This document shows positions 11,019 to 21,425 of a stretch of DNA of 64,000 bases, in pieces. The stretch covers positions 12,796 through 76,795 of the forward strand of contig JBJMGU010000220.1 in NCBI GenBank assembly GCA_045807765.1. The letters run 5' to 3'. Position 1 is the stretch's first letter; each line of letters starts with the position of its first letter. Source of the DNA: Blastocatellia bacterium (lineage in GTDB: Bacteria > Acidobacteriota > Blastocatellia > UBA7656). A program made the translations under genes and the position numbers. The notes below the pieces were generated by a model. It ran no database searches. It had not been told where the DNA came from and saw nothing but the letters and a program-made list of their open reading frames with translations.

Positions 11019-12629
11019 TTATCGGCTTCCGTGTCGCACAGGGATGAAGATGACTTTGTGACCGGGCGCGTCGGCTTCTATCGCTTCGCCCAGCGTGTCG
11101 CCGCGCGCCGCCAACGTCTCGGTTGGCGACGGCCCTGTGTCATGACGATAACGGATGAAGGCGATCCAGAATTGCGTGTCATCGATGCGGCTGTAGTCGT
11201 CAATGTACTGAACGCGCAGCCGCGCTTCGCTCGCTTGATCGAGATAGTATTGAATCGTCGTGCCGGTGACGCCTTGCCGCGTGTAGACCGGAACCGGGCC
11301 TTGACCGATCTCCTGTTGAGCCATGCGCTCGACCAGCGGCTGCCAGTTGATCTTGTCACGATGCGTGAGCTGCAATGCGCCGCTCAACGCCGCCCACAAC
11401 GCGATCAGCGCAATGGTAAAATGGCGCAGCCTTCGCGGTTGCAGCGTTGTCACGGCAATGGCGACCAGCAACAGGTAAGCCGGAGCGACGACGATCAAGA
11501 ACCGGCTGCCCCAGACCGATTGCGCCAGCAGATAACTCGCCGCGAAGGCGATGCCTGTCGGCAGCAGCGCCAGCAGCGCCAGCCATAAAAGAACATTGCT
11601 ATCGGAATCGTTGACCCTATTCGCTTCCGTATTACTTTTGCCGCCGCGCGCGTCAGCGCATCCCACGCCATATTTTGCCTTCTTTAGTTGTCGCCACGAC
11701 CAGAGCAAGAGGGGCGTGAAAAAGATTGCGCTTGAAAAGACGAGAGCGTAGGCACGCCACGAAGTATAGACCGGGCCGTTCAAGGTAACGTAGTGCTGAA
11801 AAAAATCGGTTGCCGTTGGCCGCGTGTTCCATTTCAGATTCGGCCCCAGGCCGCCTTTATCGTAAGCCACTTCGGCAACGGCAAACATCCACGGCAGGAA
11901 GCCCGCGACCAGCGCCGCAACTGAAAGACTAAACGAGGCCAGAAGGTCGCGGCGCTTGATGATTACGAAAAGTGATTCAGCCGCGACGATCAGCCAGCCG
12001 TAATAATGCGCATAGACCAGGATCAGGTTTGTCGCCAATAAAGCCAGTTGCAGAGCGAAGGCGCGGTGGCGGGCGTTCATGAGCCGCGCAAACAGCCACA
12101 TCGAAGTCATGACCAACAACAGCAACAGGCTATACATTCTCAGTTCCTGCGCATAGTTGACCAGATATTCATTCACCGCCATCAGAAACAACGCCAGGTT
12201 GGTGGTCAACGGACGCAGCTTCAATTCGCGGCACAGCAAGACGAACGGCACGATGGCGAGCAGCGCGAAAAGCACCGGCAGCAGCTTCATCCACAGCAGC
12301 GCATCGCCGACGGCGATCCAGGCTTTCAGCAGGTAATAAAACAGCGGCGGGTGGACGACGTCGTTGATGACGGCGCGTTGCAACTGCGGCCATGTGCGAT
12401 GCACGGTCTCGGCGCTGAAGACTTCGTCGCTGAACAGGCCATACGCCGCAAGCTTCCAAAAGCGCACGGCAGCAAACAACGCCACGATGAGCGCGAAGAT
12501 CAGGCGGGACGCTCTGCCAAACCGCAGGGCGGGCGCATCTTTCGGGGCCATTGGCGAGGCCATTTCAAGACGCGAGCGCTGCGGCTGGAAATCAATGGCC
12601 GCCCGCCTTGCGGCCACATGGTCACTCAT
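11019..12629 (-). CDS. GT-C fold membrane glycosyltransferase, family 39/83 (ArnT/PMT-like)
   Basis: 536 aa with more than 10 predicted TM segments and the N-terminal DE motif (FSDEVFSAETVH) characteristic of ArnT/PMT-type undecaprenyl/dolichyl-phosphate sugar transferases. It overlaps the upstream M3 peptidase gene by 4 nt. Confidence 0.6.
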   Translation of the reverse strand: MSDHVAARRAAIDFQPQRSRLEMASPMAPKDAPALRFGRASRLIFALIVALFAAVRFWKLAAYGLFSDEVFSAETVHRTWPQLQRAVINDVVHPPLFYYLLKAWIAVGDALLWMKLLPVLFALLAIVPFVLLCRELKLRPLTTNLALFLMAVNEYLVNYAQELRMYSLLLLLVMTSMWLFARLMNARHRAFALQLALLATNLILVYAHYYGWLIVAAESLFVIIKRRDLLASFSLSVAALVAGFLPWMFAVAEVAYDKGGLGPNLKWNTRPTATDFFQHYVTLNGPVYTSWRAYALVFSSAIFFTPLLLWSWRQLKKAKYGVGCADARGGKSNTEANRVNDSDSNVLLWLALLALLPTGIAFAASYLLAQSVWGSRFLIVVAPAYLLLVAIAVTTLQPRRLRHFTIALIALWAALSGALQLTHRDKINWQPLVERMAQQEIGQGPVPVYTRQGVTGTTIQYYLDQASEARLRVQYIDDYSRIDDTQFWIAFIRYRHDTGPSPTETLAARGDTLGEAIEADAPGHKVIFIPVRHGSR

Positions 12630-14602
12630 TCGGTGCCTTCGTCGAGCCAGGCTTGATAGGCAGCAAAGTTGAACGGACGCCCCAGAAAATCTTTAACGAT
12701 CTCTGCCGCCGGGCGCGAGCCGCCGGGCGCGAGGATGGTTTCGCCATACTGGCGGGCGACGCCCGGCGCAAGCATCGCCTGGCGGTCGAATTTGCTGAAC
12801 AAATCTTTGGCAATCACCAGCGACCACATATAGGTGTAGTACATCGCCGAGTAGCCGTCGAGGTGGCCGAAGGCGGTCTGGAAATGCGTGCCTTCGACGA
12901 ACGGGAACGGCATGTACTGCTCGGTCAGGTTCCGCACCATCGCATCGGTGTCCACTTGCTGCGGGTCGCGTTCATGGACGGATAGCGACAGCTTGGCATA
13001 GAGCATCTGCCGGCGAACGTGCAGCCCTTTGCCGAATTCCTTGGCGCGCTTCATCTGGCGCACGAGGGCGGCAGGAATCGGCTCGTCGGTTTGATAATGC
13101 CGAGCGAAAGTCTGCAAGGTGGTCGCGTCCCAGGCCCACTCTTCGAGCATCTGCGACGGCGCTTCGATGAAGTCCTGCTCCAGACTGATGCCGCCGATGC
13201 CGATCCACTGATGCCGGCCCGCCAGCAGCGAATGAATCAGGTGGCCAAACTCGTGGAAGAAGGTCACGACGTCGTCGTGCGTCATCAGGCCCGGATCGTC
13301 CGGGATGCCACCGGGAAAGTTGCAGACCAGCGCAGCTTCGGGAATCTGCCGGTTGGCGACGCCTGTGCGAATGCCAAAATGCGCCGCGTGGTTGTACTTG
13401 TTCGGGCGCGGGTGCATGTCCAAAAAGAAGCGCCCGACCAGATTGTCGCCATCGTACATCTGCCAGCATTCAACCAGCTCGTGCCAGACGGGCGCGCCGG
13501 TGACGCGCTCAAAGCAGACACCGAACAACGTCGCCGTCACATCAAGCACGCCCTGCTTGACCCGCTCGTAGGCGAAGTAAGGACGCACCGATTGCGAGTC
13601 GAAATCGAACGCGGTCTGGCGCACCTGCTCGGCATAATAACTGGTCTCCCAGGCGTTAATGATTTCAGCACCGGGATCATCCTGCCGCTTACGCTTGAGC
13701 AGTTGCAGGTAATCGCCTTCGGCACGCGCCCGCGACGCTTCGATGATGCGGTCAATGAAGTTGCTGGCGACACGGGCGCTGCCGGCCATCTTATCGGCGG
13801 TGATGTAATCGGCCCACGACGCGAAGCCGAGCAGCGTCGCCAGCTCGTTCCGGCGATGCAGCATACGGTTTAGCACTTCGATGTTCTGCGGATAGGCGCG
13901 GTTGTGATATTCGAGGTGCATCGCCAGTCGCAGGGCTTCGCTCCTGGCGTAAGAGAAGACCGGCAGCGCGTCCGGGTAATCAATCGTCAAGCAGATGCGT
14001 CCCGCATCGTCGGGTTTGTGGCGGGCGATGAAATCGGCGGGCAGGCCATCAAGCTCCGAGGGATCGTTGACCGTCACGGTGCGCAGGTCGCGGCGGATGT
14101 TGCGCGAAAAGTCCTGGCCGATCTTTACCAGCTCATCACGCAGCGCGGTGATCTTTTGGCGCGTCGCTTCGTCTTTGTCGACGCCCGCCAGGCGGAAATC
14201 GCGCAGCGTTTTCTCGACATAATAGCGCGTCTCCTGGTCGGCATCTGCCGTGTCCAGCCGTGCGAGCGCGGCGTACACTTCATGGTTGAGCGACAGGGCA
14301 TTCGCAAACGCCGCGGCCTTCTGATTGCCTTCCTCGGCGACGGCGCGAAAGGCTTCGTCCGGATGGACGTTCTGCACCAGATCGGTTTGATAAAGCGCGC
14401 TATCGAGGTGCAGCAGCATATCGTCATAAACCCGCAAGGTGTTGGCAATCGTTCGCGGGCCGCTGACTTCGAGCAGACGCGCGAGCACCTGTTGCGCGGC
14501 CACGAGGTGCGCATCCATGTGCGCGGCAAACTGCGCGGCGTCGGGCCGGTCGCCCCAGAAGGGCATGCCGGCAGGCGTAGCAGGATTTATATGATCAGCC
14601 AA
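12626..14602 (-). CDS. M3-family zinc metallopeptidase (oligopeptidase A / peptidyl-dipeptidase Dcp-like)
   Basis: 658 aa with the HEXXH zinc motif in context FFHEFGHLIHSLL and a downstream E ligand region, typical of the thimet oligopeptidase family. Confidence 0.8.
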   Translation of the reverse strand: MADHINPATPAGMPFWGDRPDAAQFAAHMDAHLVAAQQVLARLLEVSGPRTIANTLRVYDDMLLHLDSALYQTDLVQNVHPDEAFRAVAEEGNQKAAAFANALSLNHEVYAALARLDTADADQETRYYVEKTLRDFRLAGVDKDEATRQKITALRDELVKIGQDFSRNIRRDLRTVTVNDPSELDGLPADFIARHKPDDAGRICLTIDYPDALPVFSYARSEALRLAMHLEYHNRAYPQNIEVLNRMLHRRNELATLLGFASWADYITADKMAGSARVASNFIDRIIEASRARAEGDYLQLLKRKRQDDPGAEIINAWETSYYAEQVRQTAFDFDSQSVRPYFAYERVKQGVLDVTATLFGVCFERVTGAPVWHELVECWQMYDGDNLVGRFFLDMHPRPNKYNHAAHFGIRTGVANRQIPEAALVCNFPGGIPDDPGLMTHDDVVTFFHEFGHLIHSLLAGRHQWIGIGGISLEQDFIEAPSQMLEEWAWDATTLQTFARHYQTDEPIPAALVRQMKRAKEFGKGLHVRRQMLYAKLSLSVHERDPQQVDTDAMVRNLTEQYMPFPFVEGTHFQTAFGHLDGYSAMYYTYMWSLVIAKDLFSKFDRQAMLAPGVARQYGETILAPGGSRPAAEIVKDFLGRPFNFAAYQAWLDEGTE

Positions 14603-14643
14603 AGCGAAGAGCGACCTCCGTCAGCAGAAGAGTAGCGCAAGGC

Positions 14644-14684
14644 GGTTAGCTTGCGTGAGTCACAGCGCAAGCTAGCCGCTTGCG
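14644..14684. promoter_or_regulatory. triple alternating 7-mer (GCTTGCG / CGCAAGC / GCTTGCG) able to form two mutually exclusive hairpins
   Basis: Three copies lie at 14649-14655, 14666-14672 (reverse complement) and 14678-14684, with GCTAGC at the centre. It sits in the 240-bp divergent region between the M3 peptidase gene (minus) and purF (plus). Confidence 0.35.
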
Positions 14685-14839
14685 CCACAGCCGGGCGCGG
14701 CGGCCCGATGGGTGACCGGGGGATCACCTCCAAAAGATTAGCAAACTTCTGCGACTTGACCAACGCGCCCGTAGCTTTGTGGATTGATTCGCCTGAGCGA
14801 ATGACGATACAATAGAGCTTACCCCCGAGGAACCCCAAG

Positions 14840-16273
14840 ATGATGGATAAATTCAAGGACGAGTGCGGCGTATTTGGTATCTTCAACCATGACGAAGCTT
14901 CGCGCATGGCGTACCTGGGACTGTACGCTTTGCAGCACCGCGGCCAGGAATCTGCCGGCATCGTGTCGTCGGATGGCGAGCGTTTGCACCAGACGCGCGG
15001 CATGGGTTACGTCAGCGAAATATTCACTCAGGATCAACTGTCGCGGCTGCCGGGGCCGTCGGCCATCGGCCACGTGCGCTACTCGACCGCCGGCAGCGTC
15101 AGCATACGCGAGGCGCAGCCTTTCCTGGTTGACGGCTACCGCGGCCAGATCGCCCTCTGTCATAACGGCAACCTGCCCTACGCGCCGCAGGTGCGCGCCG
15201 AGCTTGAGCTGGACGGCGCCATCTTCTCTTCCACCTCGGATACCGAAGTCGTCCTGCACAAGATCGCCCGCTCGCGCGCTCCAGAACTGGTTGGCGCCAT
15301 CGTCGAAACCTTCATAGAGATCGAAGGCGCCTACTCGATGCTCTTCTTGACCAAAGACGCGCTGATTGCCGTGCGCGACCCGCGCGGCTTTCGCCCGCTC
15401 TGTCTGGGCCAACTCGGTGATTCGTACGTCGTCGCTTCCGAAACCTGCGCCTTCGATTTGATCGATGCCATCTATCTGCGCGATGTGCAGCCGGGCGAGA
15501 TTCTGGTGATTGACCGCGAGGGCTTGCATTCGTCGTTTCCGCTGCCGAAGGCGAAGCCGACGCATTGCATCTTTGAGCACGTCTATTTTTCGCGGCCCGA
15601 TTCAATCGTCTTCGGCACCTCGGTCAACAAGAGCCGCCACAAGATGGGCCGCGAGCTGGCGCGCGAGCACCCGGCGGACGCCGACATCGTCGTGCCGGTG
15701 CCCGATTCGGGCGTCGCGGCGGCCATCGGTTATGCGTCGGAGTCGGGGCTGAAATTCCGCTTCGGCCTGATGCGCAACCATTACGTCGGGCGCACCTTCA
15801 TCGAGCCGAAACAATCGATCCGCCACTTCGGCGTCAAGGTGAAGCTCAACCCTGTGCGCGACCTGATCGAAGGCCAGAAGGTCGTGCTGATCGATGATTC
15901 GATTGTCCGCGGCACGACATCAAAGAAGATCGTGCAGATGGTTCGGCAAGCCGGAGCGCGCGAAGTTCATGTCCGTATCAGTTGCCCGCCGACTGTCGCG
16001 CCCTGTTTTTATGGCGTCGACACGCCGACGCGTGATGAGTTGATTGGCGCCAACCTGAGCGTCGAAGAGATCGCTGAATTCATCGGCGCCGACACGCTCG
16101 GCTATCTCAGTCTCGAAGGTCTGCTGCGCGCTGCCGGCGATCCCTTTGGCAATCGCCACTGTGTGGCGTGCTATACCAACCGTTACCCGATTCCGGTCAC
16201 TCCGGCGGCGCGCACCAAGACAGAGCGCGAAGAGGGCGCGTTGCTGCAAGACGCCTTCTGGCCCCGCTCCTGA
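14840..16273 (+). CDS. purF: amidophosphoribosyltransferase
   Basis: N-terminal Ntn Cys in MMDKFKDECGVFGIF, a glutamine amidotransferase class-II domain, and a PRTase domain (VVLIDDSIVRGTT). Confidence 0.9.
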   Translation: MMDKFKDECGVFGIFNHDEASRMAYLGLYALQHRGQESAGIVSSDGERLHQTRGMGYVSEIFTQDQLSRLPGPSAIGHVRYSTAGSVSIREAQPFLVDGYRGQIALCHNGNLPYAPQVRAELELDGAIFSSTSDTEVVLHKIARSRAPELVGAIVETFIEIEGAYSMLFLTKDALIAVRDPRGFRPLCLGQLGDSYVVASETCAFDLIDAIYLRDVQPGEILVIDREGLHSSFPLPKAKPTHCIFEHVYFSRPDSIVFGTSVNKSRHKMGRELAREHPADADIVVPVPDSGVAAAIGYASESGLKFRFGLMRNHYVGRTFIEPKQSIRHFGVKVKLNPVRDLIEGQKVVLIDDSIVRGTTSKKIVQMVRQAGAREVHVRISCPPTVAPCFYGVDTPTRDELIGANLSVEEIAEFIGADTLGYLSLEGLLRAAGDPFGNRHCVACYTNRYPIPVTPAARTKTEREEGALLQDAFWPRS

Positions 16274-16476
16274 GACCGGCGAAGATAAAAACCAACGGCG
16301 TGATTTGATCATGCAATTGCCACAACGGCACCGCAGACGCAGCGCTTCCCCTTACGCCCGCTGTGTCTCTGCGCCGTGGTGGCAATTTTTCTTTGCTCAG
16401 CACCTCTCCCCGACTCCCGACAGCCACGACACGTTTCCCGCCATGCCGCCGCCAATAATACAAACGACAGGTGAAC

Positions 16477-17259
16477 ATGAAGAAAATCAACTCAGGCGAA
16501 ACCGGCAGGACCAACAAGCAAGCGTTGGTTGTCATCGCGATTCTGCTCGCGCTGGCATTTGCGGTTTACCGCGTCATTCGTCGCGCGCCGAAATCCAGCC
16601 CGCCGCCCGCCGGGCCGACGGTTGGCGTGCCGCGCGGCGGCTTCCCCGAAATGGCCAACAAACCGACGCCCAAAGAGGTCGTCTACAAAGGCTGTCCGCC
16701 CGAGGGCGATGGCGGCGATCCGGCGCTCAACCGTTTGAAGAATCGCGTCGACGAAGCCAGCGAATACTTCAGTGTGCCGTTCGACAACGTCGTCCAGTTG
16801 CCCTGGCCGAAAGCGATTGAGCGCAAAGACCGCGACCGCTGGGCCGCTGCCGACACCGAAGCCATCGCCCGCTACGAGGGGATACCGATCTCTATCGAAG
16901 GCTTCCTGGCGCGCAGTAAGAAAGAGGGTGAGGAGTCGTGCAACTGTCACGGCGTTCAGGATGATCAGGTGGACTTTCATGTCTGGCTGACCAAGAATGC
17001 CAACGAGGAGCGCACCAACGCGGTTGTCGTCGAAGTGTCGCCGCGCCTGCGCTCGAAGCATCCGGCCTGGACGACTGACGGGCTCGGGCGCATCGCGCGC
17101 AACGATCAGCGCGTGCGCATCAGCGGCTGGCTGATGATGGACCCTGAGCATCCCGACCAGATCGGCAAGACTCGTGGTACGATCTGGGAGATTCATCCGG
17201 TCACGAAGATCGAAGTCGAGCAGAACGGCGGATGGGTTTCGCTCGACAGTCTTCGCTAA
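16477..17259 (+). CDS. hypothetical membrane-anchored protein
   Basis: 260 aa with an N-terminal TM (ALVVIAILLALAFAVY) and a soluble domain containing a CNCHG motif. No family recognised. GC3-rich codon usage matches neighbouring genes. ATG 16477 follows AGGTG. Confidence 0.5.
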   Translation: MKKINSGETGRTNKQALVVIAILLALAFAVYRVIRRAPKSSPPPAGPTVGVPRGGFPEMANKPTPKEVVYKGCPPEGDGGDPALNRLKNRVDEASEYFSVPFDNVVQLPWPKAIERKDRDRWAAADTEAIARYEGIPISIEGFLARSKKEGEESCNCHGVQDDQVDFHVWLTKNANEERTNAVVVEVSPRLRSKHPAWTTDGLGRIARNDQRVRISGWLMMDPEHPDQIGKTRGTIWEIHPVTKIEVEQNGGWVSLDSLR

Positions 17260-17272
17260 TCAAGGAGACGCT

Positions 17273-17575
17273 ATGGCCGACGATAAACCAGAGCAGCCCG
17301 CAAGCGAGGCGAAAGCTGATGCCCCGAAGGAGAGCGCTCCTGCGGCTGTCCCGACTGTGCAGCGCAACGGCGAAACGCTCGAAGTCTGGGGCGATGCGCC
17401 TGAGAAGATGCGCAAAGGGGTTCAGTTGCTCGTCACGCTGCACGTCGAAGGCGACGCCCCGCCCGCGGCGGACTTCAGCAAATCAACCATTGAAGCCGTG
17501 CACCACATCATCACCGCGGGCAGTTCCAAACATCCCGAACTGACCGTCACCATCAAGCGGGTTGCAGAGAAATAG
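17273..17575 (+). CDS. hypothetical small protein (100 aa)
   Basis: MADDKPEQPASEAKADAPKE... has an acidic, low-complexity N-terminus followed by a ~60-aa folded-looking C-terminus. It ends 1 nt before the purM ATG. No family recognised. Confidence 0.45.
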   Translation: MADDKPEQPASEAKADAPKESAPAAVPTVQRNGETLEVWGDAPEKMRKGVQLLVTLHVEGDAPPAADFSKSTIEAVHHIITAGSSKHPELTVTIKRVAEK

Positions 17576-17576
17576 T

Positions 17577-18626
<1,050 letters not shown>

Positions 18627-18685
18627 AGGTTCGCGCAACAATGTCATAGCATAGAGCGTTGAGAGAGGAGAACGGAGCAACGCGC

Positions 18686-19597
18686 ATGGCGAGCTGGTGT
18701 CCAAATTGCGGAAGACAAACGGCTGAGGGCGAGAAGTTCTGCCGCCAGTGCGGCATGCCGCAGCACCTCAGAGGCGAAGACGCTTCCGCCTGGATACTGG
18801 CGGCGCAGCAAAAACCGAGACCCCAAGGGCCATACACTCAAGGCATCAACCCGACGCCGACCGCACCTAACGCGCAGACCGGCCCGGCCTATCTGCCGCC
18901 CCAAGAGCAGGGATCACCGCCACAAGTTTACACCTGGCCATCACCGACTCCCGGCCCGCAAGTCCCGTATCTGCCACCGGCGCAGATGGGTCAATCAAAC
19001 ATTCGCCTGGGCGATTGGTTGTCGGGCGGCTGGAAAATCTATTCACAGAACTGGCTGTTGATGTCTGTTGCTACCGCCATCTCGTTCGGCCTCAGCTTTG
19101 CGACGGTCGGCATCCTGGCCGGGCCGCTGCTGATGGGATTGTTCCGCATGGCGTTCAAGACCATGCGCCAGGAGCGCCCGGAAATCAGCGACCTGTTCAA
19201 CTGGCAAGGGCGCTTCTGGCCGGCCTTTCTGGCCTTCTTGATCTTCGGCCTAATTTATTTAGGCGCCTCGGGCCTGAGCAGCAATGGGCCTTTTTCCGGC
19301 TTAATCAGTCTCGTCCTCTGGCCTTTTCTGACGCTGATGACCGGCTTGACCACCTCTTACTTGCTTGAGCGCCGGCCCGACGTAGGCAGCGCGATCAACG
19401 AAGTCGGGCGGATGGTCTTCTCACGCGACGCGCTGATGTGGTGGGTCGTCGGGCTGGTCTTTACGGCCATCAGCGGCGCGGGCATCGCCGGGTGTTTCGT
19501 CGGATTGTTCGTCACCCTGCCGTGGATGATCTCGGCGTCGGCGGTGGCTTACCGTGATCTCTTCGGCATCGATGATCCGAATCGTACGAATCAGTAG
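18686..19597 (+). CDS. zinc-ribbon-containing integral membrane protein
   Basis: N-terminal CPNCG...CRQCG zinc ribbon, a Pro/Gln-rich linker of about 80 aa, then about 5 TM helices. Confidence 0.55.
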   Translation: MASWCPNCGRQTAEGEKFCRQCGMPQHLRGEDASAWILAAQQKPRPQGPYTQGINPTPTAPNAQTGPAYLPPQEQGSPPQVYTWPSPTPGPQVPYLPPAQMGQSNIRLGDWLSGGWKIYSQNWLLMSVATAISFGLSFATVGILAGPLLMGLFRMAFKTMRQERPEISDLFNWQGRFWPAFLAFLIFGLIYLGASGLSSNGPFSGLISLVLWPFLTLMTGLTTSYLLERRPDVGSAINEVGRMVFSRDALMWWVVGLVFTAISGAGIAGCFVGLFVTLPWMISASAVAYRDLFGIDDPNRTNQ

Positions 19598-19710
19598 CGG
19601 ACAGAATAAACCACAGATGAACACCGATGAACACGGATCAAACAGAACATGAGGGGTGTGCCGTCTTGACCATCTGTGTTTATCTGTGTTCATCTGTGGT
19701 TTATTCTGTG
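19598..19710. repeat. intercistronic tandem-repeat hairpin (AT-rich, unit ~CAGATGAACA)
   Basis: Left arm cggacagaataaaccacagatgaacaccgatgaacacggatcaaacagaacatgagg; right arm ccatctgtgtttatctgtgttcatctgtggtttattctgtg. The core is a 23-bp perfect stem (cagaataaaccacagatgaacac), and the extension has two G-T oppositions (G-U in plus-strand RNA). It starts 1 nt after the stop at 19597 and ends 12 nt before ATG 19723. Confidence 0.75.
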
Positions 19711-19722
19711 TTGAATTAAATT

Positions 19723-20742
19723 ATGACTAATCAATCAACGCCGCGCGTCGCGGTTGTCGGCGCGGGCTACTGGGGCATCAACCACGTCCGCAATTTTTAT
19801 GAGATAGGGGCGCTCGGCCTGGTCTGCGACACCTACGCGCCGTCGCTGGCGCGCATCCGCGAGAAATTTCCCGAAGCGCGCATCGAGCCGGATTTGAACG
19901 CCGCGCTCGAAGACCCAGGGATTCGCGGCGTCGTTATCGCTACGCCCGCTGAAACTCATTACCGACTGGCGCGGCGGGCTATCGAAGCCGGCAAAGATGT
20001 GCTGGTCGAAAAGCCGCTGACCCTCGACATCGAAGAAGGCGAAGCACTGGTCGAGCTGGCCAACGCGCGCGGCGCAATTCTTATGGTCGGCCACCTGCTG
20101 GAATACCACACCGCGGTGCTAAGGCTGCGCGAATTGATCGCTTCGGGCGAGCTTGGCGAGCTGCGCTACATCTATTCGAACCGTTTGAACCTCGGCAAGG
20201 TGCGCCGCGAAGAGAACATTCTCTGGAGCTTCGCGCCGCACGACATCGCTATCATTCTGCGTCTGGTCGGCGCGTGGCCAACGCGTGTGGCGGCAACCGG
20301 CGGCGCATACCTGCAACCGAAGATTGCCGACGTCACGGTCACCAATATGGAGTTCGCTTCCGGGGTGCGGGCGCATATCTTCGTTAGCTGGCTGCACCCG
20401 CACAAAGAGCAGCGGCTGGTGGTCATTGGCTCGAAGAAGATGGCGGTCTTTGATGACGTGCGCCAGACGGACAAGCTGGTGATCTATGACCAGGGCGTCG
20501 AGATCGTTAACGGCGAGCCGGTGATGCGCAAGCATGGCGGCACAGCCGTTCAGCTCGAAGCCGGCGAGCCGTTGCGCCGCCAGTGCGAGCAGTTTCTCAG
20601 ATCAATCGAAACCCGCGAGCGCGCCATCACCGACGGCGAAAGCGGCCTGCGCGTGTTGCGCGTGCTCGACGCCGCCGAACGCTCGCTCGCCAGAGACGGC
20701 GTGCCGGTCGACGTGATGGCGAGAAAAGAGATGCGAGGCTGA
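19723..20742 (+). CDS. Gfo/Idh/MocA-family NAD(P)-dependent oxidoreductase, WbpB-like
   Basis: N-terminal Rossmann motif VAVVGAGYWGINH and a Gfo/Idh/MocA C-terminal domain. The next gene is a WbpD-like acetyltransferase, as in UDP-2,3-diacetamido-2,3-dideoxy-sugar pathways. Confidence 0.65.
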   Translation: MTNQSTPRVAVVGAGYWGINHVRNFYEIGALGLVCDTYAPSLARIREKFPEARIEPDLNAALEDPGIRGVVIATPAETHYRLARRAIEAGKDVLVEKPLTLDIEEGEALVELANARGAILMVGHLLEYHTAVLRLRELIASGELGELRYIYSNRLNLGKVRREENILWSFAPHDIAIILRLVGAWPTRVAATGGAYLQPKIADVTVTNMEFASGVRAHIFVSWLHPHKEQRLVVIGSKKMAVFDDVRQTDKLVIYDQGVEIVNGEPVMRKHGGTAVQLEAGEPLRRQCEQFLRSIETRERAITDGESGLRVLRVLDAAERSLARDGVPVDVMARKEMRG

Positions 20743-21339
20743 ATGGCAAAAGATTATTTCGTTCACGAATCGAGTTATGTTGACGAGCCGTGCGAGATCG
20801 GCGAAGGCACGAAAATCTGGCACTTCTCGCACGTCATGAGCCATTCGCGCATTGGCCGCCGCTGCAACATCGGTCAGAATGTCGTCATCTCGCCGCAGGT
20901 GACGATTGGCGACAACGTCAAGATTCAAAACAACGTCTCGGTCTACACCGGCGTCATCCTTGAAGACGATGTCTTCTGCGGGCCTTCGATGGTCTTTACC
21001 AACGTCGTCAACCCGCGCAGTCATGTGTCGCGCAAAGACGAGTACCGCACGACGCTCGTTAAGCGCGGCGCTTCGATTGGCGCGAACGCGACGGTCGTTT
21101 GCGGCCACACCATCGGGCGCTATGCATTCATCGGCGCGGGCGCGGTCGTCACCCGCGACGTGCCGGACTTTGCGCTGATCGTCGGCAACCCCGGACGCAT
21201 TGCCGGCTGGATGTGCCAGTGCGGCATCAAGCTGCCGCTCACGCGCGACGCACAAAAAGACGAAGCCGCAACCTGCGAGGCTTGCGGCGCAGCTTATGCG
21301 AAGCGCGCCGGCACAGTCTCCGAAGCGGCAGGCGTGTAG
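20743..21339 (+). CDS. hexapeptide-repeat N-acetyltransferase, WbpD-like
   Basis: Left-handed beta-helix repeats with a long stretch closely resembling WbpD (KIQNNVSVYTGVILEDDVFCGPSMVFTNVVNPRS...GASIGANATVVCGHTIGRYAFIGAGAVV..DVPDFALIVGNPGRIAGWM) and a C-terminal Cys-rich tail. Confidence 0.7.
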   Translation: MAKDYFVHESSYVDEPCEIGEGTKIWHFSHVMSHSRIGRRCNIGQNVVISPQVTIGDNVKIQNNVSVYTGVILEDDVFCGPSMVFTNVVNPRSHVSRKDEYRTTLVKRGASIGANATVVCGHTIGRYAFIGAGAVVTRDVPDFALIVGNPGRIAGWMCQCGIKLPLTRDAQKDEAATCEACGAAYAKRAGTVSEAAGV

Positions 21340-21390
21340 ATGATGTTTTGAATCAATAAAGGTGAGGCGAAAACCGGGGTGCAAGCGGCG

Positions 21391-21425
21391 AGGCTGTCAG
21401 AGGCAGCCTCGCTTTATTTTTATAC
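21391..21425. terminator. rho-independent terminator (bidirectional, between convergent genes)
   Basis: gcgaggctgtcagaggcagcctcgc followed by tttattttta: a 9-bp GC-rich stem, 7-nt loop and T-tract. Confidence 0.7.
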
